64,000 bases of DNA from Candidatus Bathyarchaeota archaeon (GCA_963717465.1 OY970340.1:224001-288000); one strand, 5' to 3'; positions 1 to 10,813 are shown, counted from the first letter of the stretch. A program made the numbers and translations. Notes: a model not told the origin generated them from the letters alone.

Positions 1-2
1 AT

Positions 3-1088
3 TTGTTTTCTAAGAATGAACACTTAAAGAGAAATGCGACAGGTTATTGGTATGAAGCTGCAATTTATGAATCATTGTTAAAATCGGCTTTTTCAGATCA
101 TAATTACAAAGTGATTGCAAAGTGGGCAGATGTCCCAAAATGGAAAAGAAGGAGTCCAAAACTCGGTCAAAATGGATTATTCTATGATGAAAGTGGTGCT
201 CTTGTGGCAAGAGGAAATGGGCAGGACCTTGGAGAGTTTGACCTCTTAATTGCGAACGGAAAAGAAACGGCATTTGTCGAGGCGTTTACATCCGACTTTA
301 AGCTTGGAAAGATTGTTCAAGAAATTGATTATAAAAGACGTTTAATGAAAGCATTATTTTCTAATAATGTCCAATCTGTCTTAATATCTTGCTTAAATTT
401 AAGAAATAAAACGAGTTTGGCAACTTTCAGAGATGAAAGAAGTAACTTTTTAGTTGTTACTGGCGGATTGAAAGAATTTTTGCTTAATCTTAAACCTCAG
501 GACGTTTTCAAATTTAGTCCAATTAATATTTTTTTTAAGCAACAACTGTTATCAAACTTGGAGACTGTGAGGATCAATTACTTAGATTTGCACAATAAAT
601 TAAGAGAAAATATCGAGATATGCTTGGCAACGAATCAGGAGATATGCTTGGATAATAGTCAATTGCTGGTGAAGCGGGTTATAATTGGCTATTTAGATAA
701 TTCGACTTTAGAAGGATTTCTTCAAAAAGTCGCTCTGATGATAGGAGAGAGAAGAGTCACAAGCGCTAATTTGAAATTCTTTTCAAGGGTTATATTATCT
801 TTAAGCATTCCTACATTTCGCCCTACTCTTTACTTACGAGTACTTGACAGATCTGTTTATCTTAAGATGGGCCCATTTGCTAGTTCTTCGTTTGGTTTTG
901 AAAACAACATTAGACAAAAAAGGACGGCGTTTTTCAATTGGTTGGAATGCGTCGACTACAAAGCCAGCTTCACTTCGTTAAACAAAATATTAAATCGATA
1001 CATGAACGAAAAGAATATAATTAAAAGGAGAAAGAAAAGTGAGAAACCAGACTTGCCTTACTCTTTTTTTACAACTACTAATGCCTAA
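3..1088 (+). CDS. Hypothetical protein, possible PD-(D/E)XK nuclease-fold N-terminus; may be 5'-partial
   Basis: 361-aa ORF at the window edge with GYWYE...GEFDLL...AFVEA resembling an E..D..ExK-type motif (the Lys is not conserved). Confidence 0.45.
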   Translation: MFSKNEHLKRNATGYWYEAAIYESLLKSAFSDHNYKVIAKWADVPKWKRRSPKLGQNGLFYDESGALVARGNGQDLGEFDLLIANGKETAFVEAFTSDFKLGKIVQEIDYKRRLMKALFSNNVQSVLISCLNLRNKTSLATFRDERSNFLVVTGGLKEFLLNLKPQDVFKFSPINIFFKQQLLSNLETVRINYLDLHNKLRENIEICLATNQEICLDNSQLLVKRVIIGYLDNSTLEGFLQKVALMIGERRVTSANLKFFSRVILSLSIPTFRPTLYLRVLDRSVYLKMGPFASSSFGFENNIRQKRTAFFNWLECVDYKASFTSLNKILNRYMNEKNIIKRRKKSEKPDLPYSFFTTTNA

Positions 1089-1359
1089 CTGACAAGATCT
1101 CGGAATTTAGGAAAAATATTTTCAATGCGATGATTTCTTCATTCGTTTAATGGGCTTTCAAATTCGACGGCGTTTTAAAAGCCTGCTTTGATTAGAGCAG
1201 ATTTTTGATGTATTTTTGCGATTTTTGAGATGTCGTCTATTTCTCTCTGAAATAATGCTTCTTCAAGTTGAGACTTAAGGAGGTTCTGCCAAATGATAAC
1301 ATACAGTTTGATGATTCTATAAAGCATAGTGTGCTTTGCAAGGACAAGCAAAGCACGTA

Positions 1360-2349
1360 TTACGAAACGGATGCATCTGTAATGTATTTAATAATTAGGT
1401 TAAGAAAAAGTTTAGGCGGGCTGGCAGATTTTAGAGCGTATATTTTGTTTACACCATAGTTATTAATCGCTTTACGTAATGCTCCTTTAAATTTGGCTTC
1501 TCGTTCATTAAAAGGAAAACTTGAATAAAATTTACGTGAGTACACTTGGAAAGTCTGATATGGGTTTTTTGGATCAAAAGCTTTTTTATCTGATTTAGGA
1601 ACACGTTCTGATCGGTCCGCATGCAACCACTTAATCTCTCGGGGGTCATCTTTATTATTGACAACTAGTACCCAGTCGCCTTTTTTAAAATATTTTTTTG
1701 GAGCAGAAACAAGATCTACATTTTCAATTTGAGCATTCGTAAGTTCATATTCATTTTTCAAGATTTTTTTAACACTTTGAGCGGTAACACACGTTCCATC
1801 GATCAATGCAAGTTTCCATTTTTGTCTCCAAAGTGATTCATACCATTCGCGGTAAGATTGAATTCTGGCATTTCTAAAGATTCTTGGATTTTGCGCGAAG
1901 TATTCTCTTGGTTCAACATCTAATTTTTTGAGATCTTTTTCACTAACCTGACGTATTGGTCGGATTGATTGTATAATTCGGTCAATATCGATGTCTTTTG
2001 ATTCGAGAAGTATGCCTACTTCCTTTAGATTTCCACAGCCTAGAGCATTTGTTGAAAGATTAGCGGAAGTAATGATGGCACCTTGGTCTTCAGTCCAGTA
2101 GACTTTCATGTGGAGTGAATCTGAAAAAAAGACGTTGGCATCATTCTTGATTATCTTTCTAAGCGTGTTGGGATTGGTGCTTCCTGGCTTAGGCCAACAG
2201 TAGATTTCCATCTTCTTTGTTTTTCCAAGGTACACTTCTGCTCCATCACCCACAAATGCACTTACGGCAACTCGTCGTCCTTTGGATGATTCAAAAAGGT
2301 TAACAACAGCTTGGCGCACCTCACCTGATGTATATAGTATTTTTTGCAA
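1360..2349 (-). CDS. Phospholipase D-family (HKD) nuclease-like protein
   Basis: Single LHMKVYWTEDQGAIITSANLS motif (HxK...SANLS) in the N-terminal half; C-terminal domain unrecognised. Confidence 0.75.
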   Translation of the reverse strand: MQKILYTSGEVRQAVVNLFESSKGRRVAVSAFVGDGAEVYLGKTKKMEIYCWPKPGSTNPNTLRKIIKNDANVFFSDSLHMKVYWTEDQGAIITSANLSTNALGCGNLKEVGILLESKDIDIDRIIQSIRPIRQVSEKDLKKLDVEPREYFAQNPRIFRNARIQSYREWYESLWRQKWKLALIDGTCVTAQSVKKILKNEYELTNAQIENVDLVSAPKKYFKKGDWVLVVNNKDDPREIKWLHADRSERVPKSDKKAFDPKNPYQTFQVYSRKFYSSFPFNEREAKFKGALRKAINNYGVNKIYALKSASPPKLFLNLIIKYITDASVS

Positions 2350-2548
2350 TTTTCTAATCCCCCAGATAAATTTTACTATTTTGCAGAGAATAAAAAACTA
2401 TTCATTAGTTGTTTTAGTAGTATTTGATTCGCAAGCAAGATGAGAATCAGGCTATATTTTCATTTCTTCTATGCAAAAAGAGCCTGAGTAGATGATATTC
2501 TAAAAAAGGAGAAAGTAGCTGCGTAGAATTAGGAGAATTGGCGATGTC

Positions 2549-2587
2549 GCCAGCCTGTTGAGGATTCGAATCCCTCCCCGCCCGCCA
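2549..2587 (+). other. tRNA 3'-end fragment (att-like site)
   Basis: GAGGA-TTCGAAT-CCCTC-CCCGCCC-G-CCA: T-arm, acceptor strand and CCA; no matching 5' half (GGGCGGG) upstream; adjacent to integrase remnant. Confidence 0.75.
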
Positions 2588-2624
2588 CGGACAAACTCTC
2601 GTCCGTTTTGGCTCGGATGATAAT

Positions 2625-2852
2625 TATTTTCTTTTTTCTGAAAACCTTGTTGGTTCCGAAGTCGCAAACGAATTCAAAGCTAGCTTCAATTAGTTGACAG
2701 GTCTCCTGTTCTGCATGGGCTATTCTGGCGATATAGTCATCTTCTTTGAAGTCGACAAGCTGAGTGTACGTTAGAGTGCTTCTTATGCTCTTATGGCCTA
2801 ACACTTGCATGACGTGCAGTACATTTTTGGTTTTATGGTATTCCAGGGTGGT
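2625..2852 (-). pseudogene. Tyrosine integrase C-terminal remnant
   Basis: TLEYHKTKNVLHVMQVLGHKSIRSTLTYTQL has the LGH box and catalytic Tyr; the upstream HxxR region is absent. Confidence 0.85.
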
Positions 2853-2984
2853 GATAATATTAAATAAGATTCCTATGTAAATCTATTACAAACCATCAAG
2901 TTGACTCAAGTAATTTGCTAGAAATAGATGAAGAGGAATTGAATTAAAGTGTCATTTTTTCCAAGGATTTATCTCTGTTTTCGT

Positions 2985-3548
2985 TTATTTTTCTATCGCT
3001 ACCAGTAGCCACAATCCGTTCGACTCAACAAGTTGATATCCTTCTGAAGCCATTTTATTATTAATTTCTAAGATATTTTGTCTCACCCCATCACCAAAAA
3101 ACCATTCTGGATTTGCGATTCCACAAGCAATTGCAAAAATCATTTGAGAAGAAATTCTTTTTGGGAATTCCACTTTTTTTATTATTTGATAAATTCTATT
3201 GGATTCCTGTCGCATTGCACGGATAAGGCTCTCGGTTATAGGTGATTTCCCTTCTCCTAGATAATGCAAATTGTAGTACAGCCCTTGTTTGGGATAGAGT
3301 CTTAACATAACTAGATTGTCTGCATTTCGAACTGATATTCTGATTTTGCCAATATCTTGTGTCAGGCTCTCTATAACTTCGAAAACTTCTGGTCTGTCTC
3401 TCGCCAATTCAAGTATAATTTTCTTAATGTTGCAAACATCTAAAAGCTTATAACTTAAGTTATTCTTCAAATTAAGTTCTCCAACCCGGTAAGCTAAAGT
3501 ATCAACATCGACTAGTTCTTGTTCTTCAATGATGTACGGCAGCAGCAA
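2985..3548 (-). CDS. Hypothetical protein
   Basis: 187-aa ORF with no recognised motif. Confidence 0.5.
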   Translation of the reverse strand: MLLPYIIEEQELVDVDTLAYRVGELNLKNNLSYKLLDVCNIKKIILELARDRPEVFEVIESLTQDIGKIRISVRNADNLVMLRLYPKQGLYYNLHYLGEGKSPITESLIRAMRQESNRIYQIIKKVEFPKRISSQMIFAIACGIANPEWFFGDGVRQNILEINNKMASEGYQLVESNGLWLLVAIEK

Positions 3549-3590
3549 TAAGCGTTATAAGGTGAAAAACTAACTTAGTTCTGAGAAGGT

Positions 3591-3785
3591 ATGACAATCG
3601 AAGTTGATTTGAAAGAAATAAAATCGCTACTTTCTGAGGTAAGCAGCAAAATAGATTCTTTACTAGAGCAAAAAGACACCAGTGCTCTCATGGCTCTAGA
3701 AGAGAAGTCTCTTAAAGATTTCCTTGAAGGTGAACCTGATATTTACTCGATTAAAGATATCAAGTCAAAGGTTAAAGGTAATTGA
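3591..3785 (+). CDS. Putative antitoxin
   Basis: 64-aa ORF overlapping the start of a PemK/MazF gene; acidic C-terminus FLEGEPDIYS. Confidence 0.7.
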   Translation: MTIEVDLKEIKSLLSEVSSKIDSLLEQKDTSALMALEEKSLKDFLEGEPDIYSIKDIKSKVKGN

Positions 3786-4108
3786 AAGGGAAAATAGTTC
3801 TTATCCCATTTCCGTTCACTGATTTAACATCAAGTAAGTTAAGGCCCGCGCTTGTGCTGCATGAAGGAGAAAAAGATGTTGTAGTAGCTTTCATTTCATC
3901 CAGAGTAGCAAAAGCAAAACCCCTTGATGTATTAATCAACGAGGCACATTCAGAATTCGAAGGTACAGGGCTCAAATTATCATCAACTATTAAACTCGAC
4001 AAGATAGCGACAGTTTCAAAGGATTTGATTCTTGGAGAAATAGGCAAAGCCGGCCCCAAACTTAAAAAAGAAATAAACAATAAAATCTCAAAAACTCTTT
4101 TGCTCTAA
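3782..4108 (+). CDS. PemK/MazF-family toxin
   Basis: GKIVLIPFPFTDLTSSKLRPALVL...GLKLSSTIKLDKI signature. Confidence 0.9.
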   Translation: MKGKIVLIPFPFTDLTSSKLRPALVLHEGEKDVVVAFISSRVAKAKPLDVLINEAHSEFEGTGLKLSSTIKLDKIATVSKDLILGEIGKAGPKLKKEINNKISKTLLL

Positions 4109-4220
4109 CCATGTGCTTGCTTTTAATGGGGTAAAATTGAGAAGAAATTTGACAAGCTTACGGAATACCTAAAAACGTGTTGCCTCTAACCAAACTATCG
4201 TTTGCATCATATGTGAGGCA

Positions 4221-4910
4221 TTGAGTACAAGCGTTATCAGCATGAACACCTCAAACCAAACCTCACACAACACCAGCGTTTTCCGTGGGGTTGACCGTAT
4301 AGTTAAAGGCGCCCTTCAACCGCCTGACCTGCATAAACAGTATGTATTGGGCGTTGACTTGGCAAAGCTCCATGATTTCACTGTCTTGGTAGTTTTGGAT
4401 TTGGATGGGCATTTGGTTGCTTTTGACCGTTTTAGCCAGTTAGATTGGGTTTTCCAGCGTAAACGAATAGTTCAACTTGCCCAACAATACAACAACGCCC
4501 GCTTACTGATCGATAGCAGTGGAGTTGGTGATCCAGTCTGTGACGAGCTTCAAAGGAAGAACGTGCAACTAGAGGGGCACAAGTTTACCTATGCGTCCAA
4601 GAAGGATTTGATTGAAAACTTAAGTATGATTATTGAGAACCAACAGGTTACCATTCCGCCGATTCCCGAGTTAATCAATGAGCTTAAGCTGTTCGGCTAC
4701 AAAACTTTAGCAAGCGGAAATTTCCATTATGGAGCACCCGAAGGCTACCATGACGACACTGTTATTGCTCTTGCGCTTGCAGCTTGGCAGATTAAACATA
4801 ATAACCAAAAACCATCATCAGGCATAAGCATTGCATTTCCAAGGAAACAAAAATATTATCTACTACATAAAGAGCAAGAGCTTTTCGACAAGGCAATAAT
4901 TACATTATAG
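4221..4910 (+). pseudogene. Phage terminase large subunit, RNase H-like nuclease domain only
   Basis: YVLGVDLAK-HDFTVL, IDSSGVGDPV and HDDTVIALALA motifs; ATPase domain missing. Confidence 0.8.
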
Positions 4911-4961
4911 AACACTACTAATGCACGCTCTCATGTGGGTGCGGTCTCAAAATGCTTTTCT

Positions 4962-7268
4962 TTAGTTCTTTTGATTATTAGGCGGAGTATTGTTTCGGTT
5001 GTCACTAATTGCCATCAGATGTCGCAAAATAATGGTTGCAGCCTTTTTGTCTAATGGTTCGTTTTCATTGCCACATTTTGGTGAATAAATGCATGATGGG
5101 CAGCCGTCTTTGCACTCGCAATTTTCAATTAATTTAAGGGTCTTTTCCCAGAGCGGTTTTACGTTTAAGTAGAGGTTTTCCGATATTCCGATTCCGCCTT
5201 CAAACCCATCATAAACAAAGATGGTTGGTTCTCCCGTGTCTGGGTGAAGAGGTGTCGATAGTCCGCCTATATCCCACCTGTCACACATCGCAAATATTGG
5301 TGACATAGCTATCATTGCGTGTTCAACAGCATGAAGCCCTCCATTAAAATCAAGTTCTTGTGTTTCAATTTCGTCTCTGAGCTCTTCTGGAATTAAGAAC
5401 CACATACCGACTGTTGTGAAAGTCAACGGGGGCAAATTTAGTGGCTGTCTTTTGATAACTTCATCATAAGTTTTTGTAACATAGGTGTGGCAGTTTTCAG
5501 TAATGGCTAATTCTCCCAGTCCAACTTTGACTCCATTTTGCTTCTCTTCAAAGGTTTTCTTTATTGCTACATCGACGGTTTTCAATGCTTCCGTGTAGTA
5601 ATTGACATCTTCTTGCCTGACTCTTGCCGTTAATTGTTCGAGGTCAAGTTCTTCCGATATGTAGGTTTCTCCCTGATGCAGCAAGACTGCTCCTGCATGT
5701 ACTTCTTCATATGCTTTGTTTAGAGTCAGAGTTTCGAGCAGGTTTCCGTTGCAGGAAACCGTAACTGTTTTATCTGAAATGCTTTCAAGACTTACAACTT
5801 CAACAGGTCGTGCAGTCCCCGAATAAACCCATCCTCTGGGTGTTTTGCGGACAAGATGCTGTTGCTCCAATGCTTGAATACTTTCTGAAAAAAGCTCTGG
5901 GAAAAATTGTTTATCACTGTCAGTAATAGGTAGTTCGCTGGCTGCGCACATGATGTGCCCCAGAGAGACATACTGGTTGTGCAAATCGATAATGGCTTGC
6001 TCATGTGGTCTTCCAAAGAAGTCCTGTGGATGTTTCATGAAGTATTGGTCAAGCGGGTTTTGAAAAGCAACAAGAGATACCAGCGAATCTGCGTTGGTTC
6101 TGCCAGCACGTCCTGCTTGCTGCCAAGTGGATATGATTGTTCCGGGATAGCCAGATATTATTACAGAATCAAGAGATCCTATGTCGATTCCAAGCTCCAA
6201 CGCATTAGTAGAGACGACTCCGATCAAGCTCTTACTTTTTAGTCTGTTCTCTATGTCTCTTCTCTCTTGTGGGAGATAGCCTGCCCTATAAGCTGTTACC
6301 GCGTTTGATAGTTTGGCTGATCTTTTTCTAAGCTCTTCTTTAGTCCATCGGGTGATAAGTTCAGCCATTTGTCTGGATGTGGTAAAACAAAGAGTTTGCA
6401 GGTTTTTCAAGACGCTAAGTGTTAGGAGATCTTTGGTTTCTTGGTGGGTAGATCTGCGAATTGTATTATTTGAATCAATGAATGGCGGGTTCCAAAAAAC
6501 GAATGATTTCTTTCCCCTCGGGGCGCCGTCATTTGAGATAATCTCGAAGTCTTTTCCAGTTAATTTCTTGGCATGCTCTTCAGGGTTAGCGATTGTTGCG
6601 GATGAGAGTATGATTTGTGGGTCTGCATGATAATAATTGCATATTCTCATTAGACGTCTAAGGAGCATAGCTACGTTAGAACCGAATACTCCTCGGTAAA
6701 CGTGGGCTTCATCGATTATTATGAATTTGAGATTTTGTAGAAAAGTCCGCCATTTGTAGTGCCATGGAAGGTATTGGTGAAGACCATATGGATTGGTTAA
6801 GATGATTTTTGAGTTTTCCCGTATGCTTGCTCGTTGATGTTGGGGTGTGTCCCCATCGTAAATATTAGGTGATGCTTCAATTCCTATTTCTTTTTCAAAT
6901 TCTTTTAGTACTTTTAGTTGGTCATTTGTTAATGCTTTTGTGGGGTAAAGGTAAAGTGCAGTTGCTTTCTTGTCTTTTGTGAGAGCTTCAAGAACTGGGA
7001 TGTTGAAGGCTAGAGTTTTCCCTGAGGCTGTTGGTGTAACTATAACTACGTTTTTGCCTTGACGGGCTTTATTTATGGCTTCGGCTTGGTGGGAATAAAA
7101 AGTGATTTTCCTGTTCAGCAAGCAAGTTTGGATATTCTCTGGAAGAGAATTCTCAAGCTCGCTAAAGCTTGCTTTTTGGGCGGGAATTTCTTCGATATGT
7201 ACAATTTGTTTTTTGTAAGACTGCATCAGCTTTATGCTTTTGATGAATTCATCGATCAAAGATTCCAT
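4962..7268 (-). CDS. DEAH helicase with C-terminal DUF1998 four-Cys domain (MrfA/YprA/Hrq1 family)
   Basis: TPTASGKT, DEAH, SAT, QQAGRAGR, then CD...CECKDGCPSC. Confidence 0.92.
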   Translation of the reverse strand: MESLIDEFIKSIKLMQSYKKQIVHIEEIPAQKASFSELENSLPENIQTCLLNRKITFYSHQAEAINKARQGKNVVIVTPTASGKTLAFNIPVLEALTKDKKATALYLYPTKALTNDQLKVLKEFEKEIGIEASPNIYDGDTPQHQRASIRENSKIILTNPYGLHQYLPWHYKWRTFLQNLKFIIIDEAHVYRGVFGSNVAMLLRRLMRICNYYHADPQIILSSATIANPEEHAKKLTGKDFEIISNDGAPRGKKSFVFWNPPFIDSNNTIRRSTHQETKDLLTLSVLKNLQTLCFTTSRQMAELITRWTKEELRKRSAKLSNAVTAYRAGYLPQERRDIENRLKSKSLIGVVSTNALELGIDIGSLDSVIISGYPGTIISTWQQAGRAGRTNADSLVSLVAFQNPLDQYFMKHPQDFFGRPHEQAIIDLHNQYVSLGHIMCAASELPITDSDKQFFPELFSESIQALEQQHLVRKTPRGWVYSGTARPVEVVSLESISDKTVTVSCNGNLLETLTLNKAYEEVHAGAVLLHQGETYISEELDLEQLTARVRQEDVNYYTEALKTVDVAIKKTFEEKQNGVKVGLGELAITENCHTYVTKTYDEVIKRQPLNLPPLTFTTVGMWFLIPEELRDEIETQELDFNGGLHAVEHAMIAMSPIFAMCDRWDIGGLSTPLHPDTGEPTIFVYDGFEGGIGISENLYLNVKPLWEKTLKLIENCECKDGCPSCIYSPKCGNENEPLDKKAATIILRHLMAISDNRNNTPPNNQKN

Positions 7269-8485
7269 TCCTCATAAAGCTTAGAAAAAAGCGTTCCAAG
7301 AGTTAGCAAATCTTGTTTGTTGTGTTCAACTATAGGAACAAGTGGTCCTACATTTTTCGTTCTCAAGTATGTATCGTAAAAGTGAGGAACTAATGCTCCA
7401 GGAATATTGATGTCTCTTTTAATGCCAATGTATCTTTCAACCGTGTCAAGCCTGCAATCTGAGAGCTTAGGCTTTAGTGCCCTTCTGGTAAAATGAAGAA
7501 GGTCAAAATGGGGATTATCCAAAGGTGAATCCAATCCATAGTAGGCTAACCTTTGCTTTATGTAGGGAATGTCAAAACTTCTGCCGTTATAAGTTATTAG
7601 TGATAATTTCGGTTCAAGTTCTGAAATAAGTGCCCAGATAGCGCTAGGTTCATCTGGAATATCTCTAAGCAAAAACTGACTTGTACAGATTTTGTCTTTG
7701 TCTGGTTTAGCTAATCCTAGCAGAATTATGGGTCTCTCTGAGAGACCTAAGGTTTCTATGTCTATTATTGCGAAGTCTTGATCTTGACAAAATCCTGCTA
7801 AATAGTGAAGGAGAGGATGGGATTTGGGAAGTCTTTCCAATAACCATTTTTGGGTCGAATCCATTTCTTTTTTGTCTATCATTTTTATGAATTCGCGGGC
7901 TTGTCTTTTCCAGATTGGATGGTTCTCAAGTTCTTCTATTGTATTGTAACCTTGCTGTTTTAGCATCTGTTCACGGAATGGCCCTATTCCAGGAAGCACC
8001 TTAAGGTCGGAAATTATTATCCGCCTACTCTCTTCATAAGAGGCTTTTTTAAAAGTTGATGCGCAAGAAGCAGAGATAGCATAACATTCGCCTTGCTTGT
8101 TTGAAATCACCTTTCCGGGGATGACGTCTTCTAAGTTTTTGCCTTCGTATTTTTGGGTTAACTCTTTTTCGAGTTTTAGCGCTTCATCATACTCAGAACT
8201 CCACATCCAACTTTCAAATGAAGGTCCTTTCGACTGTTCCTTTTCTGTTTCAGATACTACCTCAAACTCTTTTGAGCGACCTATTCTCTGTCTAAGACTT
8301 TCTGCTGCCCTATTTAATGCAAATTTTTCTCTGAAGGAATTACTTCTTGTTTTGGGATCTATGTATTCTTCTTTTTTGAAACTCAAAATCAAGAATAAAC
8401 CGCATGTTCTGCAAAATCTGTCCTGTGCATACTCTTCTTTTGAATAAGTTTTTCCACATTTTCTGCAAGCATAATGAAAGGTCAA
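7256..8485 (-). CDS. YprB/MrfB-like RNase H-fold (DEDD) exonuclease with N-terminal Zn ribbon and HhH
   Basis: IIDIETLGL, TYNGRSFDIP, HFDLLH, HNKQDL; CxxC...CxxC and LPGIGP; overlaps the helicase start. Confidence 0.88.
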   Translation of the reverse strand: MTFHYACRKCGKTYSKEEYAQDRFCRTCGLFLILSFKKEEYIDPKTRSNSFREKFALNRAAESLRQRIGRSKEFEVVSETEKEQSKGPSFESWMWSSEYDEALKLEKELTQKYEGKNLEDVIPGKVISNKQGECYAISASCASTFKKASYEESRRIIISDLKVLPGIGPFREQMLKQQGYNTIEELENHPIWKRQAREFIKMIDKKEMDSTQKWLLERLPKSHPLLHYLAGFCQDQDFAIIDIETLGLSERPIILLGLAKPDKDKICTSQFLLRDIPDEPSAIWALISELEPKLSLITYNGRSFDIPYIKQRLAYYGLDSPLDNPHFDLLHFTRRALKPKLSDCRLDTVERYIGIKRDINIPGALVPHFYDTYLRTKNVGPLVPIVEHNKQDLLTLGTLFSKLYEEWNL

Positions 8486-8977
8486 TTTGCTCTCTAACTA
8501 CAATCTGCTCGGTTGTTATAAAAGGACTACGTCAAGCGCGATGGCTTGTCGAGACTATTTGAAAATTATTTTTCGCTTTGAAAAGTTGCATTGTTTTTCT
8601 GAAAAATTAAGTGTTAGCCGGTATTTTAAACATGAAAGACACAATTTTCAGAAATATTTTTGACTTTTCACACAGTCTCTGTTCCCTAAATAAAAAAGTT
8701 TATTCAAAGAGACGGGATCTCGTATCTTCTACACGTTGTTTATCATTCTTTGTTTGGTTATCAATCTGGAGACAGCCCAAAACATTGGTAAATATGAAAA
8801 GGCAATATCACCAACGCGTTTCAATATCTAATTTGGGGACAAAGCGTCGCGCTAAATACCTCACCTCGGCTACTTCGAAAAAAAGTTGTTTGCAGGTAAC
8901 TTGGTTTTAACATCTTTATATTTCTTTTATTGGTATTTGTAAATCGTTGATGTGATTAAACTTCAGGGATAATTGAG

Positions 8978-9367
8978 ATGCGACTGTCTAAGCCAAATGT
9001 AGAAGAGATGGAAGCTAGAAAGGATATTGAAGGCTTGATAGGGGCTCTGAAGAATGAAGATTCGTTTGTTCGAGAGCAAGCTGTGCTGGCTCTTGGAAGG
9101 GTAGGGGGTGCAAAAGCGGTTGAGCCACTTATTGAGGCATTAAAGGATGAAAATAAATTTGTTCGAGTGAAGGCTGCATATTTTCTTGGAATGTTAGGTG
9201 ATGCTAGAGCGGTTGAACCTCTTATTATGGCACTAAAGGATGAATATGATATTGTTCGAAGGAGAGCTGTAACCGCTCTTGTAAAGATAGGCGATTTAAG
9301 AGCAGTTGACGCCCTCACTCAGACACTGGAGAATAACTCTGATTGTTCGGGTTGTACCGGTTACTGA
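8978..9367 (+). CDS. HEAT-repeat (PBS lyase-type) protein
   Basis: Three repeats of LIxALKDE..VR..A...LG..G...AVEP. Confidence 0.88.
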   Translation: MRLSKPNVEEMEARKDIEGLIGALKNEDSFVREQAVLALGRVGGAKAVEPLIEALKDENKFVRVKAAYFLGMLGDARAVEPLIMALKDEYDIVRRRAVTALVKIGDLRAVDALTQTLENNSDCSGCTGY

Positions 9368-9438
9368 AAAAAGTGTAATAAACCTAAAAGTCTATTTTAT
9401 TACTTATAACAAAGCGCGAGCTTAGTGTAGTAATAGCC

Positions 9439-9900
9439 TTAAAAATTTGTGAGACACTTTTTTTTGAAAATCTTTCCACAACTAAGGCAAATCCAAGAAA
9501 ATCTCCCCTTACTATGAACATTTGTTGATTCGCAGGAAGGGCATTTAATTGAATGGGATATTTCTTTTCTTGTTTCTTCAGCTATTTCTTTCAAGTCATC
9601 TTTTAGAAAATCGGGAATGCTTTCGTAGTTATTAAGCCAACCATCGCAACCATATTCATTATAAAGTGCTTTGGCTGTTTTGTCTAGTAACTTAGCATAC
9701 TTTTCTTCTTTTAATTTAAAAGCGTTAGGGTTCAATTCAAGCATTTTGGGCAATTGCCACTTATAATATGAATATTGTGCTTTGGTTTTTATTTCCCGTG
9801 TTACAGGTTCGCCACTTGAACTACTTATTCCCATTACTAAACATCTTTTATTTTCATTATCTACTTCTATTTTCGCGTCTATCATGTTTTTTAAACCCAA
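9439..9900 (-). CDS. Hypothetical protein with C-terminal Zn ribbon
   Basis: CPSCES...WICLSCG. Confidence 0.55.
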   Translation of the reverse strand: MGLKNMIDAKIEVDNENKRCLVMGISSSSGEPVTREIKTKAQYSYYKWQLPKMLELNPNAFKLKEEKYAKLLDKTAKALYNEYGCDGWLNNYESIPDFLKDDLKEIAEETRKEISHSIKCPSCESTNVHSKGRFSWICLSCGKIFKKKCLTNF

Positions 9901-10175
9901 TTTTCAATTATTTCTGAATTTAATCAGTCAGCAATATCCTCTTCACATATTTCATAGCCTTCAATGGAACATATTTTTATGTAATCTTGACTTATTACAC
10001 ATTTCATTGCATTATTTACAATATCTGTTCGACAATCATATTATTCTCTTCAAGCCAGGGATACCTAACATCGGCTACTTTTCCATAAAGGGGGATTCGC
10101 GGGTGATATCTTGACCTGACTAGAAATTGAAACAAGAGATAAGACTAATCTAGCTTAATAGAGCAACACTAGTCA

Positions 10176-10536
10176 TTAAGGAGCACGTGATGTGCCTGTT
10201 TCTACGGTCCTGAGGATTTCTCTTCTCAAATCTTCCGTAGGTTGGTCTCCTTTTGTTCTACTTATTGTTTCCAGCTAGTGCAACATCTTTAATTGTGTAT
10301 CTTATCCACTTTTCGAAGTCTTTGCGTTGAAAATGGAATGCGATTGATTCCATTGGAATAGTTTGTAGCTTCGCGGCGAACTCGCTGAGATTGGTTGCAG
10401 TTATTCCAGTATAATTCCCAATGGCTGTGTAGAAGTGAAAGCCGTTTTCAAAGGGTACTGTCGTGAGAGACTTTGCACTAGTAGGTTTTGCGACTGATTG
10501 ATTCTTAACCTGAATATTTCTCGACATAGTTTTCAC
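10176..10536 (-). CDS. DUF5752-like protein (frameshift near 10262)
   Basis: GFHFYTAIGNYTGITATNLSEF...FHFQRKDFEKWI; continues in another frame to a stop at 10176. Confidence 0.65.
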
Positions 10537-10783
10537 CTCTTCTCCCAGAAAGACTGCGAAAAATCATGCAATAACTAATCTGACAGGATAAATACTAACT
10601 TGTTCGTCGCTTATAAACGTGGTTAAATAAGGCTAATTTTCTGCTAAATTCCAAATTTAGATTATTATTTTGACTATTTTACGTTTATCGTTAATTTTTC
10701 ACCATATTCTCAGAAAAGCCTTTGAAAAAAGAAGGGTTTTTGCGAAAAAAATACTGCTTCAATGGAGATACATCGCCACTATT

Positions 10784-10813
10784 CGTGGGTTCAAATCCCA
10801 TCCCCTTCTATCA
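10784..10813 (+). other. Degenerate tRNA 3'-end relic
   Basis: CGTGGG-TTCAAAT-CCCAT-CCCC T-arm; acceptor strand decayed. Confidence 0.6.

Noticed and set aside
2549..2587. Functional or split tRNA gene
   Set aside because: No D-arm or 5' acceptor strand, a mismatch in the T-stem, and an adjacent integrase remnant favour an att scar.
8611..8910. 99-aa ORF, and the many antisense shadow ORFs in the track
   Set aside because: No motifs; most lie opposite well-supported genes.
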